Shown here piece by piece: positions 1 through 11,989 of a stretch of 64,000 nt of DNA. The DNA comes from Eledone cirrhosa. Lineage: Eukaryota. The position numbers and the translations under genes were made by a program. The stretch lies in contig OZ024740.1 of NCBI GenBank assembly GCA_964016885.1, positions 330,956,001 to 331,020,000 of the forward strand. The letters run 5' to 3'. Below the pieces are notes generated by a model. It worked only from the letters and a program-made list of their open reading frames with translations. It was not told where the DNA came from and did no database searches. Numbering within the stretch: position 1 is the stretch's first letter; each line of letters begins with the position of its first letter.

Positions 1-2334
1 AGTCTTCCTATCCATTTCTTTTTGTTCAGCAACATTCCATCTCAGAATTCCCGCACTGTACCTGATAATAGACACAGCTCGGGAATTTACTGCGCTTATG
101 GCATTTCTGCTGTTCAGATGTGACTTCAATACGCTCCTTACTCTCCGAATGTATTCAGTTCTTAACAATTCCTTCATTTTTTTGTTCTTTATGCCATCAG
201 CCTCCAGAACGCCCAAATACTTGTATCCTTCCTCAGAGTCACCTACCCTCTTCATCACAATGACTCCACATTTACCAATACCAAACTGCATACATATATC
301 ACTGCTGAAAATACGGACAGTGTCAACAAGCACATCCAACTCCTTCTCACTTTTCCCGAAGAGCTTAAGATCGTCCATGAAGAGGAGGTGATTGATGGTA
401 AGCTCTCCCCTTCCCAACTTGTATCCTGCTCTCACTTTTCGCAGCATAATGGTCAAGGGCATCAGGGCAAGGACAAACAACAGAGGGGACAGGCTATCTC
501 CCTGGAAGATACCTCTCTTGATCTTCACGCTTCCCAAGGATACTCCAGTTGATGTCAACTCTGTCTCCCAGGACCCCATACTCCTGCCTAGCAACTGTCT
601 GATGTTATCTGCCACCCTGAAGATCTCCAGGCTTTTGGTGATCCAGGAATGAGGCACCATGTCAAATGCCTTTCTGTAGTCTATCCATCCCATGGCAAGA
701 TCAGTGTGTCTCCTCCTGCAATTCCCCATTACCATCCTATCAATAAGTAACTGGTCCTTTGTACCACGTGACTTCTTTCGGCATCCTTTCTGTTCGTCCG
801 GTAACAAGTTGTTTGTGTGGAGGTGATGGTAGATTTCCTCAGACACAATGCTCGTCAACAGTTTCCACATTACGGACAGACATGTGATAGGTCTATAGTT
901 GGTAACATCATTACCCTTGATTCGGTCTTTCATTATCAGAACTGTGGTACCTTTTGTCAACCACTCTGGCACCTCACCCGACACCAAGCAGTCATTGAAC
1001 ATGGCCGTCAGCTTCGGGTGGAGGGATGTTAAATGTTTAATCCAATACCCCTGCACACCATCTGGGCCTGGTGATTTCCAGTTGGTTAGTTTTTTGGCCT
1101 GCCCCTTAAGAGTTTCAACTGTGATACTCAAATCAGTTTGTTGCTGTGCCTGCTCACCGATCTCCCTCTGTACTGTCTCAATCCACCCTGCCTGGGCATT
1201 GTGTCTAACATCCTGCTCCCATATTCCTCTCCAGAATGTTTTAGTTTGTTCCGCCCCAGGGATCAAGTCGTTGCCTCTTTCTTTCCCCTCAAGCTGTCCA
1301 AACAGCATCTTCTGGTTGTTGTCGAACATGCGGTTCTGTTTATACTGACTGACTCTGTTCTCGTATCGTCTGATTTTTGCACTCTTTGCTACAATGCGTT
1401 GCTTCAATTCCTCTATGATAATATTTAGCTTTTTACTCCTAGTTTTGTATTTTATTTCCAGTCTATTTTTAGTGCCTATGTTTTTTAGTGTCCCATTCAT
1501 TAGTGACTCAAGCTTTCCTATGTCATTTCTCATTTCCCCGATTTGCCCACTCAGTCGCTTCTTCCACCACGGCTCTGCTCTTTCTTGTCTGTTGTTTCCT
1601 CTCGCTTTTATACCAAGTAGTTTCCTCACCGTATTTGCTGTTGCTTTGAGGATATTGTTGCACTGGTGAAGGTTCCTCGCCTCAATGTATGGGATGACTT
1701 TGTTTACCTTAGCTGTTGTTTCTTTTAACTTTTTCCTGTCTACAAATCTTAGGTTCATAGGTCTCTCACTATCATTGTTCAATTCATCTACCACTAAATT
1801 TAGGATGTCAACCGAATCTTGTCCTAGTCCGTCAGCATTCATCTCCTCAGTGGCCGTATCTCTGTTCCAGGTATTATTTATCTCAGTATTCAGGTCATTG
1901 TCTGCTTCGGGTGGTTCCTCCGTTCTCAGGACCTCTTCACCTTCATTTCCCACTGGCTCGCTTGTCTGGCATACTACACCCGCCATCTCCAAGCCATTCT
2001 CTCTGCTCAGTTCCTCCAGTTCCAGCTCGCTTATCCACCCATTAGTTCTTATTACCCGAGCCTGCCCGGCCAATTTTTGTTCATCTAATTTAAATAAACC
2101 AATCTCGTTCCAGATGTTATGCATCCGTCTCCTGTAGCCCCTCTCCTTGGGGTTACTTTTCAGGTAGCATTGCATAACAGTTCTATTCAATTCTTTCGTC
2201 CAGTTGGTTCTGGCCCCTTTCCTTCTTCTTCTTCCTCCAACATCAGCAGTATTTGGTTGACAGTCAGGTTCCTGCTGCTGAGCCAGGGGGCACCTGTTGG
2301 GTGAGTGTCTGTCACATGACGTTCTAGTCTCCAT
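1..2334 (-). CDS. R4/Dong-clade non-LTR retrotransposon ORF (N-terminal region + reverse transcriptase), continues beyond the window start
   Basis: Manual translation from ATG at 2334: METRTSCDRH...RTNWTKELNRTVMQCYLKSNPKERGYRRRMHNIWNEI; WKSPGPDGVQGYWIK (1080-1036); KRGIFQGDSLSPL; INHLLFMDDLKL; GYKYLGVLE; ...YSAGILRWNVAEQKEMDRKT at position 1. All sampled blocks are in one frame. Absence from the ORF track is consistent with no stop inside the window. Confidence 0.88.
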   Translation of the reverse strand, partial: METRTSCDRHSPNRCPLAQQQEPDCQPNTADVGGRRRRKGARTNWTKELNRTVMQCYLKSNPKERGYRRRMHNIWNEIGLFKLDEQKLAGQARVIRTNGWISELELEELSRENGLEMAGVVCQTSEPVGNEGEEVLRTEEPPEADNDLNTEINNTWNRDTATEEMNADGLGQDSVDILNLVVDELNNDSERPMNLRFVDRKKLKETTAKVNKVIPYIEARNLHQCNNILKATANTVRKLLGIKARGNNRQERAEPWWKKRLSGQIGEMRNDIGKLESLMNGTLKNIGTKNRLEIKYKTRSKKLNIIIEELKQRIVAKSAKIRRYENRVSQYKQNRMFDNNQKMLFGQLEGKERGNDLIPGAEQTKTFWRGIWEQDVRHNAQAGWIETVQREIGEQAQQQTDLSITVETLKGQAKKLTNWKSPGPDGVQGYWIKHLTSLHPKLTAMFNDCLVSGEVPEWLTKGTTVLIMKDRIKGNDVTNYRPITCLSVMWKLLTSIVSEEIYHHLHTNNLLPDEQKGCRKKSRGTKDQLLIDRMVMGNCRRRHTDLAMGWIDYRKAFDMVPHSWITKSLEIFRVADNIRQLLGRSMGSWETELTSTGVSLGSVKIKRGIFQGDSLSPLLFVLALMPLTIMLRKVRAGYKLGRGELTINHLLFMDDLKLFGKSEKELDVLVDTVRIFSSDICMQFGIGKCGVIVMKRVGDSEEGYKYLGVLEADGIKNKKMKELLRTEYIRRVRSVLKSHLNSRNAISAVNSRAVSIIRYSAGILRWNVAEQKEMDRKT

Positions 2335-2559
2335 TTCACCGTTATTCGAACTGTTTATGTTCGATATTTAAACACTCTTATCGAGGATTGGCGAATGTAT
2401 AGTTACATAACCATCTGTGGATCCGCCATCCCACTTGGCCCTTGTGTGGCATTATCACCACGCTGTATACGAACACACATAAACAAACAAACACACAGGC
2501 AGAATGGGCCCCAAAAATGAATAAGCATAAGTTTCATTGTAATGTAGTGTTCGAATGCC

Positions 2560-3492
2560 TGACTTAGTTTTTGTTTTTTAAGTTTTACCTCCCCCCCCCC
2601 CTCTTCTCTGTCCGTCCGCCTGCTTCTCTCTTCATTCTTATTTTCTTTACGTTTTTGGGGTTTCTTTTTTTGTTTTTGTTTTTCTCTGTTTATTTTTCCC
2701 GTTTTTGCTGTTGTTGCTGTGCTGCTTTGATTTTGTTGTTTGTTTTTTCTTTTTTCTTTTGAGTCTATCTATATATTTTGATGCCTTCCTCTTTGTTAGT
2801 AGTAGGAATTCTATAATGTGGAAGTAGCAGCCAGCAGGGAGAAGTGGGAGACTGGCGGCGGTAGCGATACTGAGACAGTGGTGGTCGTGATGTCGATACC
2901 GAGGCAGTGGTGGCGGTGATGTGACCGTATTACTGTAGTGATGGTGCTGTAGCAGTGGCAGCAGTGAAGGAGTCAAGGGGTGGTGGTGGCGGTGATGTGA
3001 CCGTATTACTGTAGTGATGGTGCTGTAGCGGTGGCAGCAGTGAAGGAGTCAAGGGGTGGTGGCGGCGGTGATGGGATAGTGGTGGTAATGATGACCGTAG
3101 TGAGCGGTGGCGGTGAAGGTGAAAATGCCGTTATCTGGCTGTTGTGTTTAGTGTACACAGATGATGGGGTGGGTGGTGTATCTAGTTTCTGGTGTTGGTG
3201 AGTTTGGCTGTCCTATATAGTGTAGACAGAGGAGAGGAGGGGGGGGGGTTCTTCTTCCATTTATAGCCATTTTCTTTTTTGGATATACAGTGTACAATAC
3301 AAAGTTGAATATTTGAATATTTGAGCCTTATAACAATATATTTTGGGTCCGAATTTTTTGGGGCTCAAGCCGGGTGCTTTACGTAGCATTTGTACTAAGA
3401 GTTGTTATTTCACAAATGATTTAAATATGTTAAAAATTCAAAACTTACGGGAGCGATTTCATGACCTCCGTCACCTCGTGCGTCTTCTTCCC
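2560..3492 (-). mobile_element. Putative decayed 5' end (UTR + ORF1 start) of a second L1/Tx1-like LINE, head-to-head with the element at 3564
   Basis: The minus strand starts GGGAAGAAGACG...AAATCGCTCCCGTAAG right at the TTA tract. ATG GAA GAA GAA CCC at 3260 lies ~230 nt in, followed by Thr/Pro-rich ACC tracts, a layout like the neighbouring ORF1. No catalytic motif seen. Confidence 0.35.
2907..3072. repeat. 76-bp tandem duplication (~2.2 copies)
   Basis: GTGACCGTATTACTGTAGTGATGGTGCTGTAGC...GAAGGAGTCAAGGGG begins at 2921 and again at 2997. Confidence 0.9.

Positions 3493-3563
<71 letters not shown>
3493..3563. repeat. (TTA)n microsatellite, ~23 units
   Basis: Direct reading; abuts the LINE 5' end. 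Confidence 0.97.
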
Positions 3564-3779
3564 GGCGACCTACGTAGTAAATCGTATCATCGTGAGCTCC
3601 GCAAAGGTTTGTTATTTTCAGTTATTTAAAATTGCCATTTATGTAAAATTTATATTGTTAACTATATATAAGTGCACACACATTGATTTCCTAAAAGGAC
3701 TCACAAAAATATTGGGGCCTTGAATCCAAAATTTAAACTTTTTATAATTATCAAACAAAATGTTTTTCTTTGAAAAATA

Positions 3780-5416
3780 ATGGATGACTCAGATTCACTC
3801 CTTCCTCACAATCCAACACCTCACACCGATACCACCATTGTAAACATTGCTACATTTGCCAACACGGGAATTGTAAGCCGTAGCAATATTTTAGATTTGT
3901 CTCAGGCAGACGTTCATTTCCCGCCATTACCAATGACTGCAGGTGTTAAAGCCGCCGCCACCACCACCACCACCGCAACAACCACCACCCCCACCACAGC
4001 GACAACAGAAACAAAAGAAAAAAATAAATTAACTGATGATATCGAAATGAATTCAACCAAAATGAACTCTTCCACACAGAACACCACTGACGCCACCATC
4101 ACCACCACAACTGAAACTAAACTTAACAATAGCAAAAAAAACGATAATAACAACAGCAACAATGAAATTAAGAAAACTACCCTGAGTTTTGCCAGAGTTG
4201 CAAAAACGTGCGAAGCGATCCAGGTAACTCAGGAAGAATTAGACGAAGCCAAAGGAATGGTAAAGGAAGATGTGTACAGGGTCAGCCTCACCCCCACCTA
4301 ATAAAATGGAGCAACGTCGCCTATGCACCGTGTCTTATCGAACAATAAACATAAAATCGCGCCGAGTGGAACGGGCATCTGAGTCCCAAATCCCAAAATC
4401 TTTGGGACATGTGTGGGAAAAAAAACCCACATCAGACGTGGGCAGAAGTATGGAACCGTGGACGTATTCTTTGAAACACCACAGGAGGCCAGAGAACAAT
4501 CCATGGCTCCATTAAGAAGTGACGACTTCACACTCATCCCAAGCTATTGTGGTCAGAGATTTGTGAAGATCAGGGTGACCCACGTTCCACCGGCCATCGA
4601 AATTCCCTGGCTAATGGCTGCCGTCCTCGCTGGCATCGCGTCCAACACCAAAATAATAGAAATAGCAAAAGAAAAGCAGGAGAACTGGTCCGGATCTGGG
4701 ATGGAGTTCCTGATCCAAGCCGACCATAAAAGCATTCAGGAGATCCCAGAGGTAATAGACCTCACTGACGGCAGCCACCTCACCGTAATTGTCGAGGGCA
4801 GAAGACCTAGGTGTGTCGTTTGTGGTGATGGAACCCACCTAAGGGATTTCTGCCCTCAGGTTAAAAGGTTGAGGCCACCTCTCTTACCCACCCCAGTGAG
4901 TCAACCATCAACACCACCAGCAGCAGAAATAGCAGCAACAACTGTAGCAGCAACAAGAGAAGCAACTGTAGCAGCAACAACCCCAGAAACAGTAGCAAAA
5001 CCAACACCACCACCACCCAACGCCCCAGAACTAGCACCAGCGCCTACACCAACCAGCACGCCACAACCAAAACCAATGCCTGTGGAGGATTTTCCACTCC
5101 CCGGCTTATCGCAACTGGAGTCAGATTGTGACGACGAGGAGTGGGAAACGGTATCAGGAAAAAAGAAAAAAAAAGAAACCCAAAAGAAAAAAATTATCTT
5201 CCTTCCCCCTCAAAAAACGAAATACAGAGGGAAACAAATAAATTATCGAACAAGAAAGTTAAGACAAATATGCCAACATCCACACCAGCATCACCAACCC
5301 CATCACCACAAACACCAACACCATCACCATCATTAACCCCAACACCACCATCACCAACACCACAAAAGTCACCAAAAAGTGTAACAGAAACAAACCCACA
5401 ACAAACGCAAACATAA
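3780..5416 (+). pseudogene. LINE ORF1 (gag-like RNA-binding protein), frameshifted
   Basis: Pieces 3780-4301, 4270-4515 and 4413-5336 join via two compensating frameshifts. CVVCGDGTHLRDFC is a CX2CX4HX4C knuckle; Pro/Thr-rich tail. Confidence 0.8.
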
Positions 5417-5653
5417 CAAAACAACCAAAACGATACACACTACACAGGATTAAATTTGAACAACAACCAATTATTACACTACATGCAACACAACACCCGC
5501 ATCACAGAAAAAGACTACACAACAACCCAAAAGTTCACACCACCTCCACACATACAAACACTCGCATCACACAGAAAACGTACACGACACTAAAACAAAA
5601 ATTCCCCAAACACATCGGAGACATCCCACAAACACTCTCGAGAAGTAAGGTAA

Positions 5654-8571
5654 GTGGTCTTCCCATCTTTTCCACTCCATTTCAACATCACCTCACTCAG
5701 AATAGGCAGCATAAATGCGCATGGCTTGGGGTCGTCATGGAAGCAGGGGCACCTGCTCAACAACCTCAGGTCACTAAACATAGATGTAGTGGCCATCAGC
5801 GAGACCAGAATCTCCGAAGCACGGGCCTTCGCACCGATCTTCGGCGGCTAAAATGTGTACGCATCTCCCAGCCGTCCGGGATCGGGGGGTGGAGTTGCTG
5901 TGCTTTTTCGGAGAGGTTTGGATCTCGCCATACGGGCCATCTTCCTGGACCCAGAAGGTAAGTTGGTGCTGCTAGACGTGACCGGCGGAGACGGGAAAGA
6001 TTTCAGGCTAGTGGCCGTCTATGCCCCGGCAGGAGCAGGGTGGCCTGATTTCTTCCGGCGTCTGGAGACCTTTCTTGGAACGTCCCGCTCTTTAGTGTTA
6101 GTGGGCAACTGGAACGGGATCTTAGATGAACGCTGGGAATGTGTGGGATTAGCGGATAGGGGAGGAGGGTGCAAGAGCCTCACCAACCTGCTCAGGCGTT
6201 TTGAACTGTCTGACAGGTACCGATTGGATTTCCCGAATGTACCAATGTGGACTTGGACAAATCGCAATTGGTCATCCAGATCATATCTAGATAGAGTATT
6301 TTGTAGAGATATATAGGTCTAGCATAGGCTGTCCACAATTCAAGATAGTCAGCTACACGGACCACAAATTCGTGATATGTGTACTTGACTTAGATAGTCT
6401 TCATAGACGAGGACCCGGCTACTGGAAGCTAAACGTGTCCTTACCAGCGCGCAAGGCCTACAGAGACCGGATTAGCGAACTAGTTAAGCGAGCGTTGACG
6501 GGGGCCATCGTCAACAACAAGTGGTGGTTTGCTCTGAAAAGAGCAATTAGAATAGAGTCCATTAGGTTTAGTAAGGCTTTAACAATAGTGAAAAATAGAG
6601 CAGAGGGAGAACTAGTTAGAAAATTAGACGAGGCGCTTAGCAAAGGCATCGCGACCGACGTACTTGCGGCGAAATTGGCCCTTGACCAATTCTTCAATGC
6701 AAAGCACGAAGGCTGCGTTGTCAGAGCTAGGGTGCGTGCTCTCAGACACGAGGGGACGAAAGCCGCTCAATGGGCCCGAGTGGCGGAGGCGCATCGTGGA
6801 AACAAAGCCCCGATCCTGTCTTTGGTGGACCACGACGGGCGCATGCTACTCGATCCCGGGCAAATATGTGAAGCTTTTCAGCGACACTTCGCTCAGTTGT
6901 TCGGAGGCAGCGGCGAGCCGGATCGAGGGATGGACTTTAGTGTCTACCTCGACGGACTGCCAGTCCTGAGGGCGGCTGGCTTTGGCCCGTTTTCAGAGGC
7001 TGGATCGCTGCCATGCACAGCGACATCTGCTCTGTGGTGAGAGTGAACGGTCACCTTTCGGAACCGTTCAACGTCATGCGCTCGGCCCGCCAAGGATATC
7101 CCCTCTCGTCCCTCTTGTACGTATTGACTCTCGAGCCATTACTGCACAAACTGGAGACGTTGAGGGGGGTCCCGCGCGAACTAGGATGCGGAAGATCCGT
7201 GTCAGCGTATGCGGACGATGTCACCGTAGTGGTGTCGAACGCCAAACACATCAAAGCGAACAGCACTACACTAAGAGAATAGGAAGCGGTGACAGGAGCA
7301 ATGATCAACCAGAAAAAGTCAGTGGGCCTGCAGCTCGGCACCTGGAGAGGCAGGTCCATGCCTTCCAACAGCGTCGTCGGGCGCTGGAAGACGGACCAGT
7401 TAAATTGCTCGGGGTCTGTTTAGCTCCGGATCTCCAGACGGACAAAAACTGGGACGAGGTGACGAGCAGGGTGGCTTCTCACCCAGATATGGGCCGAGAG
7501 GAAGCTATCCCTGAATGGTCGAGCGGAGGTGGCTAAGGCGTATATCGCGTCCGTCATCTACTACCGCCTGACCGTCGTACCTTGTCCTAAGCCCCGCCTG
7601 ACTGTGCTGGACCGTTTGCTCTTTCGCTTTTTGTGGAAAGGACGCGCTCCGATGGTCAGGTGGTCCATCTGCTGTCAACACCCGCTACGTGGAGGGCTGA
7701 GAATGCCATGGCTGATGATGCGCAGACACGCGCTCAGGCTACGACATCTCCACCTCTTCCTCGACGGTGATCATGTGTGGTCTCCGTTTGCTAGACACGT
7801 CTTTCCCCAGCTACCTCCTTGATGGAGCTGCATTCCTGGGTCAAGCGAAGACCGAGGGGGAACGCTTGGAGACTGGAATGTCTTCAGGCGCTCACAGACC
7901 TCGACCAATCGAGCAATGTGATCGGTGGAAACTCCACCTTGGCGTTCTATAGAGGATTAGTGGAGGGGAAGAGCGATGACGTACTTGGCGAAAGTCTAGG
8001 CGTCGACGAAAATCAACTAGCCAATCTCTTCGGAAGAACTTTCGAGCCGGGGCCTATGGACAACTTCCAGAAATCCCTGGCCAGGCAGTGCTACCGAGGA
8101 GCTTTTCCAGTTCGGGATAAACTCTACAGGCATGGAGGTGCCGTCAGCCGGGCATGTCCGAGATGCGCGCAGGGCGACGAAACCGTCCTGCACGCACTCG
8201 TCCAGTGTCCGAGCATTGCTGACTTGTGGGTTTATGTCGAACACCTGCTGTCGCGTGTGGGACGGATCCAGCTATCAGCTGAGTCCTTCGTGAGGATGGC
8301 CCCGCCCTCTTCCTTTAGCCGGGAAGGGCAGGCAGTTTTTATCTGTCTTGTGGCCATGGCGAAAGAGATAGTATGGTGGACACGTTTGAAAGGGCTGAAG
8401 ACGAGCACTTACCTCTTCGGTGATGCCCTGATTAACTTTTTCAAATTTCATTTGAAAAGGAAAATCAGGGTAGAATGTGAAATGCTCTCTTCCCAGCATT
8501 TTGTTGAAAGATGGGTGAGAGAGGCAAGAATGGCCCGAGTGAATGGGCCTACTCTGAGTATATGTCTGTAA
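5654..8571 (+). pseudogene. LINE ORF2 (APE endonuclease-RT-CCHC), with stops, frameshifts and an internal deletion
   Basis: IGSINAHGL, DVVAISET, VAVYAP, LVGNWN, SYLDRVF, GPGYWKLN; RQGYPLSSLLYVLTLEPL, SAYADD; CPRCAQGDETVLHALVQC. Confidence 0.9.
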
Positions 8572-8857
8572 ATTAAAGGTGGAAAACTGGGAGAGGGCAC
8601 TTGCCCTGGTGGTCAGGGTCACTGTGGAATTTTAATGGGCTTTCTCCACCAATGCCCCTCGGAAGTCTCCCCCCTATTGGTGAATTTTTTCATTGTTCTA
8701 TTATTACATCCTCTGTTTCTTGTTTTTTTTACACGCAGAAATGCCCATTTGTACCGTCCTGTATTGTCCTGCACTGTCCTTAATGTCTACTTTATGTAAA
8801 CCCTTGTGGTTAATAAAGAAACCATTATTATTATTATCATTATTATTATTATTATTA

Positions 8858-8888
<31 letters not shown>

Positions 8889-8989
8889 CATTATTATTAT
8901 ATATATGCATGTATATATATATATATATACATGCATATATATATTATTAATTCTGGCAATATTACACAAATATGACCCTCCCCAAGTAT

Positions 8990-9168
<179 letters not shown>

Positions 9169-9335
9169 TCAATGTGGTCTATCTTTTGTTATAGGGTCAA
9201 TACCGTTGTTAGAACTAAATGTAATCCGTTAGAACGTAATTCAGTGGCATCAAGTGATTGGTTCCGTGTTTCGCTGAGTCAATATTTTAGATACAGAGTG
9301 TGCTATATTACATGTTATATTATTTAACAATGATA

Positions 9336-9529
9336 GGGCGTTTGATTGGCAGTATCGGTAGAAGGCTGGACGCCATGCTTTGCAGTATAGAGATACAGCC
9401 CTTTATGATCTAAGTTCAAATCCCGCCGAGGTTTGCTTTGCCTTTCAAAGTACAAGTCACGCACTGAGGTCGATTTAATCGACTTTCCCCTCCCCCCAAA
9501 TTGCTGGCCTTGTGCCTATATAAGAAACC
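9336..9529 (+). mobile_element. tRNA-derived SINE, copy 1
   Basis: A-box-like TGGCAGTATCGG, B-box GTTCAAATCC, tail GGCCTTGTGCC...AGAAACCATTATT; 12-bp TSD ATTATTTAACAA at 9319-9330 and 9530-9541. Confidence 0.85.
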
Positions 9530-11236
9530 ATTATTTAACAAAGACAAGGAAGTCAAATTATTTTCCATAATTACATGAATTATGTAAATCACTTTGCCTT
9601 TGTTAACATTGTTAAATAATATATGTAATATATATATATGTATAATATACCCGGATGTGAATCTAACTATCCACACACACACACATATATAGAGAGAGAA
9701 GGAGAGCGAGAGAAAACAGAGTGAGGAAGAGAGTATCGGAGTAGAAGGGTAAAGAGAGATATGAATTAAGATATATATGCGTTCCCACTCAGCATTTTCT
9801 GCATAGAAAACTCCAGGCTCGATATTAAGCGATACACCATCTCATTCCCAGCTAGAAACTTTTTCGTCTTTAAATCTATGAATAGGTAGATCAAATAAGA
9901 ATATGTATCTGTTTTAAACCTGAATGGCGATGCACGCCTGCACTACGCAATCTAATGAGTATTTCATAAATGTAACATTTGTCATATTTTACTTCTCTCA
10001 TGATTTAAAAAACATAGCTTACATATGTGAAAGATTGTTAGATTATGAAATCTTTGGTTGCACTGTATTTCAGTGTGTACTCATCATAATAAATTGGATT
10101 CGTATATATAGAGATCGCTCTTTCTTCTTTAACATATTTTCGCTATGTGTAAATGTGTGTGTGCATGTATTCATATGTGTCAGTGTGTACGTGTGTGCGT
10201 GTGTGTGTATTTGATCGGAATCAACTATAATGATATTTAAAATGCTTCTGGTTATAAAAGAATACATTTTATATCCAAACCATTGATTTATGAATATTCT
10301 TTCTCCTTAAGCATTTATTCAACTGTCATCTTGTTCTATAACATATTTTTTCATAGAATGCCTTAACGTCTGAACTCTTTCTGTCAAGAACATGTGATCA
10401 CTTATGTGGTGAAAGTGTGGACAGCAAATAAAAAAAAACTCACTTATCTTTTCATAAGACTGATAAATACTTCTATTTTGTGTAAATTCTGTTTTCTTTT
10501 ATAATCAGCTGGATAAATTAATAGGTTAATTACTAGATGAAATCGTAAATCTTGTATAGAATTGTAAGTATATTAGTAAGAATAGTGAATCGTGGGTCAA
10601 ATTTTGGATTACATCGTAGGTAAAATGAAGGATAAAATAGTGAATTCTGGGTAAATTGTACCTAAAAGATCTTAAACCTAGCGCATTCCATTAATTTGCA
10701 GATAGTTAATGAACATTGCAATAATTGAGAAAAAAGAGACAAAGGTTGCTCCCTATGCAAGAATGGTATTTTATTTATCGACAGGATGAAAGTTTTGATT
10801 TGGACTCTTATTGCAGCATCATACGGAATTCGCATCCATATACATTCTGTATCAGAATGTTATAACCGTAACCCGGTGTATAACCCGAGATTGCTTCTCG
10901 CATATGAATATTACTTATCGATTTCTCATTGTTTTTTTCCGAAATAATCTACGACAAAATTGCCTGTTGTTTTTCATTATTCCATGGCCAAACATAAAGA
11001 AAGGGAATATTATAAGTAAAACCACTGCTGTGCATATTTTAGCTGTAGCAACTGAACATGTCTGACCTAATCCTTATGGTAAAATCGATATATATATAGG
11101 TATATGTACATGCATATGTACACACACACACACACATATATATATATTCATATATATATATATTCATATATATATATCGTTTCTGAATTTGCGTGTGTTT
11201 CTTATTGGCAACATGACCCTCCCAAAGTATAACAAC

Positions 11237-11272
<36 letters not shown>

Positions 11273-11989
11273 CATATCATGTAAGTGAATTGCATCCTTG
11301 TATACAGAATATATAGATATATATATATTATTTACATGTAACACAGTATGTGGTTTTGTTATAGGCATATTCCGAAATGAGAGCAACGTGGGTTGAGCAC
11401 ATAAAACATTGTATATATACCTTCTTATGATTCCTTATGCACCATGGACCATCAATAACATGTTGTTTAGTAGAAGTTTTCCAATGTTTATGTAAGAAAC
11501 AGTTATATAATTACAGGGGATGTATAGCGATATGACCACTAGTTTTGAGGATTATATGCCAATTTAGTGATCTCCAGCCGGAATAATAATCAGCCTTGTC
11601 TAAAAGTGGTGAACTAGTAGGGTGAAAGTAAAATGAATGAGACTGTTAGCTCTTTAGATACCTCTCACAATCCAGTGATCTAGCTAAAGCAAGACGAGTA
11701 AAAGCCGGTTTTGAAAAGGCCTAATCTTCGTGTGTCTGAGAAAAGTACAAATTTCGAATAATACCGCAAAATATGGCCGGAAGCAGTAAAAGCGTCTATG
11801 CCTTTTTGTCATTTTGGCGGGATAAAAAGGGACGTGTTTTCGCCTTATATAGAGGGACCTATTCAAATATATATTGCAGTCCTTATCCAACGCTGCAACA
11901 ACAAATGATGTGCATGCGTGCTGCCCTGGGCAGCGTAGGATGGACATAAAATGGTTAGGTTAAGTATTTCCGAGAGTCCAAAGAGAATC

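Larger units (their letters stand above)
3564..8823 (+). mobile_element. Tx1/L1-clade LINE with both ends present but decayed and internally deleted, flanked by (ATT)n
   Basis: ORF1 with zinc knuckle, ORF2 with APE endonuclease, RT and C-terminal CCHC; AATAAA at 8812, then an (ATT)n tail at 8824-8900. Confidence 0.9.

Noticed and set aside
98-2304. Plus-strand ORFs listed in the track
   Set aside because: Antisense shadows of the minus-strand R4/Dong RT ORF; no independent motifs.
2335-2470. HDV-like ribozyme in the R4/Dong leader
   Set aside because: One hairpin is visible (GGATGGCG/CGCCAATCC) but I could not build the nested double pseudoknot by eye; needs a descriptor search.
9336-9430. 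tRNA gene
   Set aside because: Has A/B boxes but no cloverleaf; it continues into the SINE core and tail and has a TSD.
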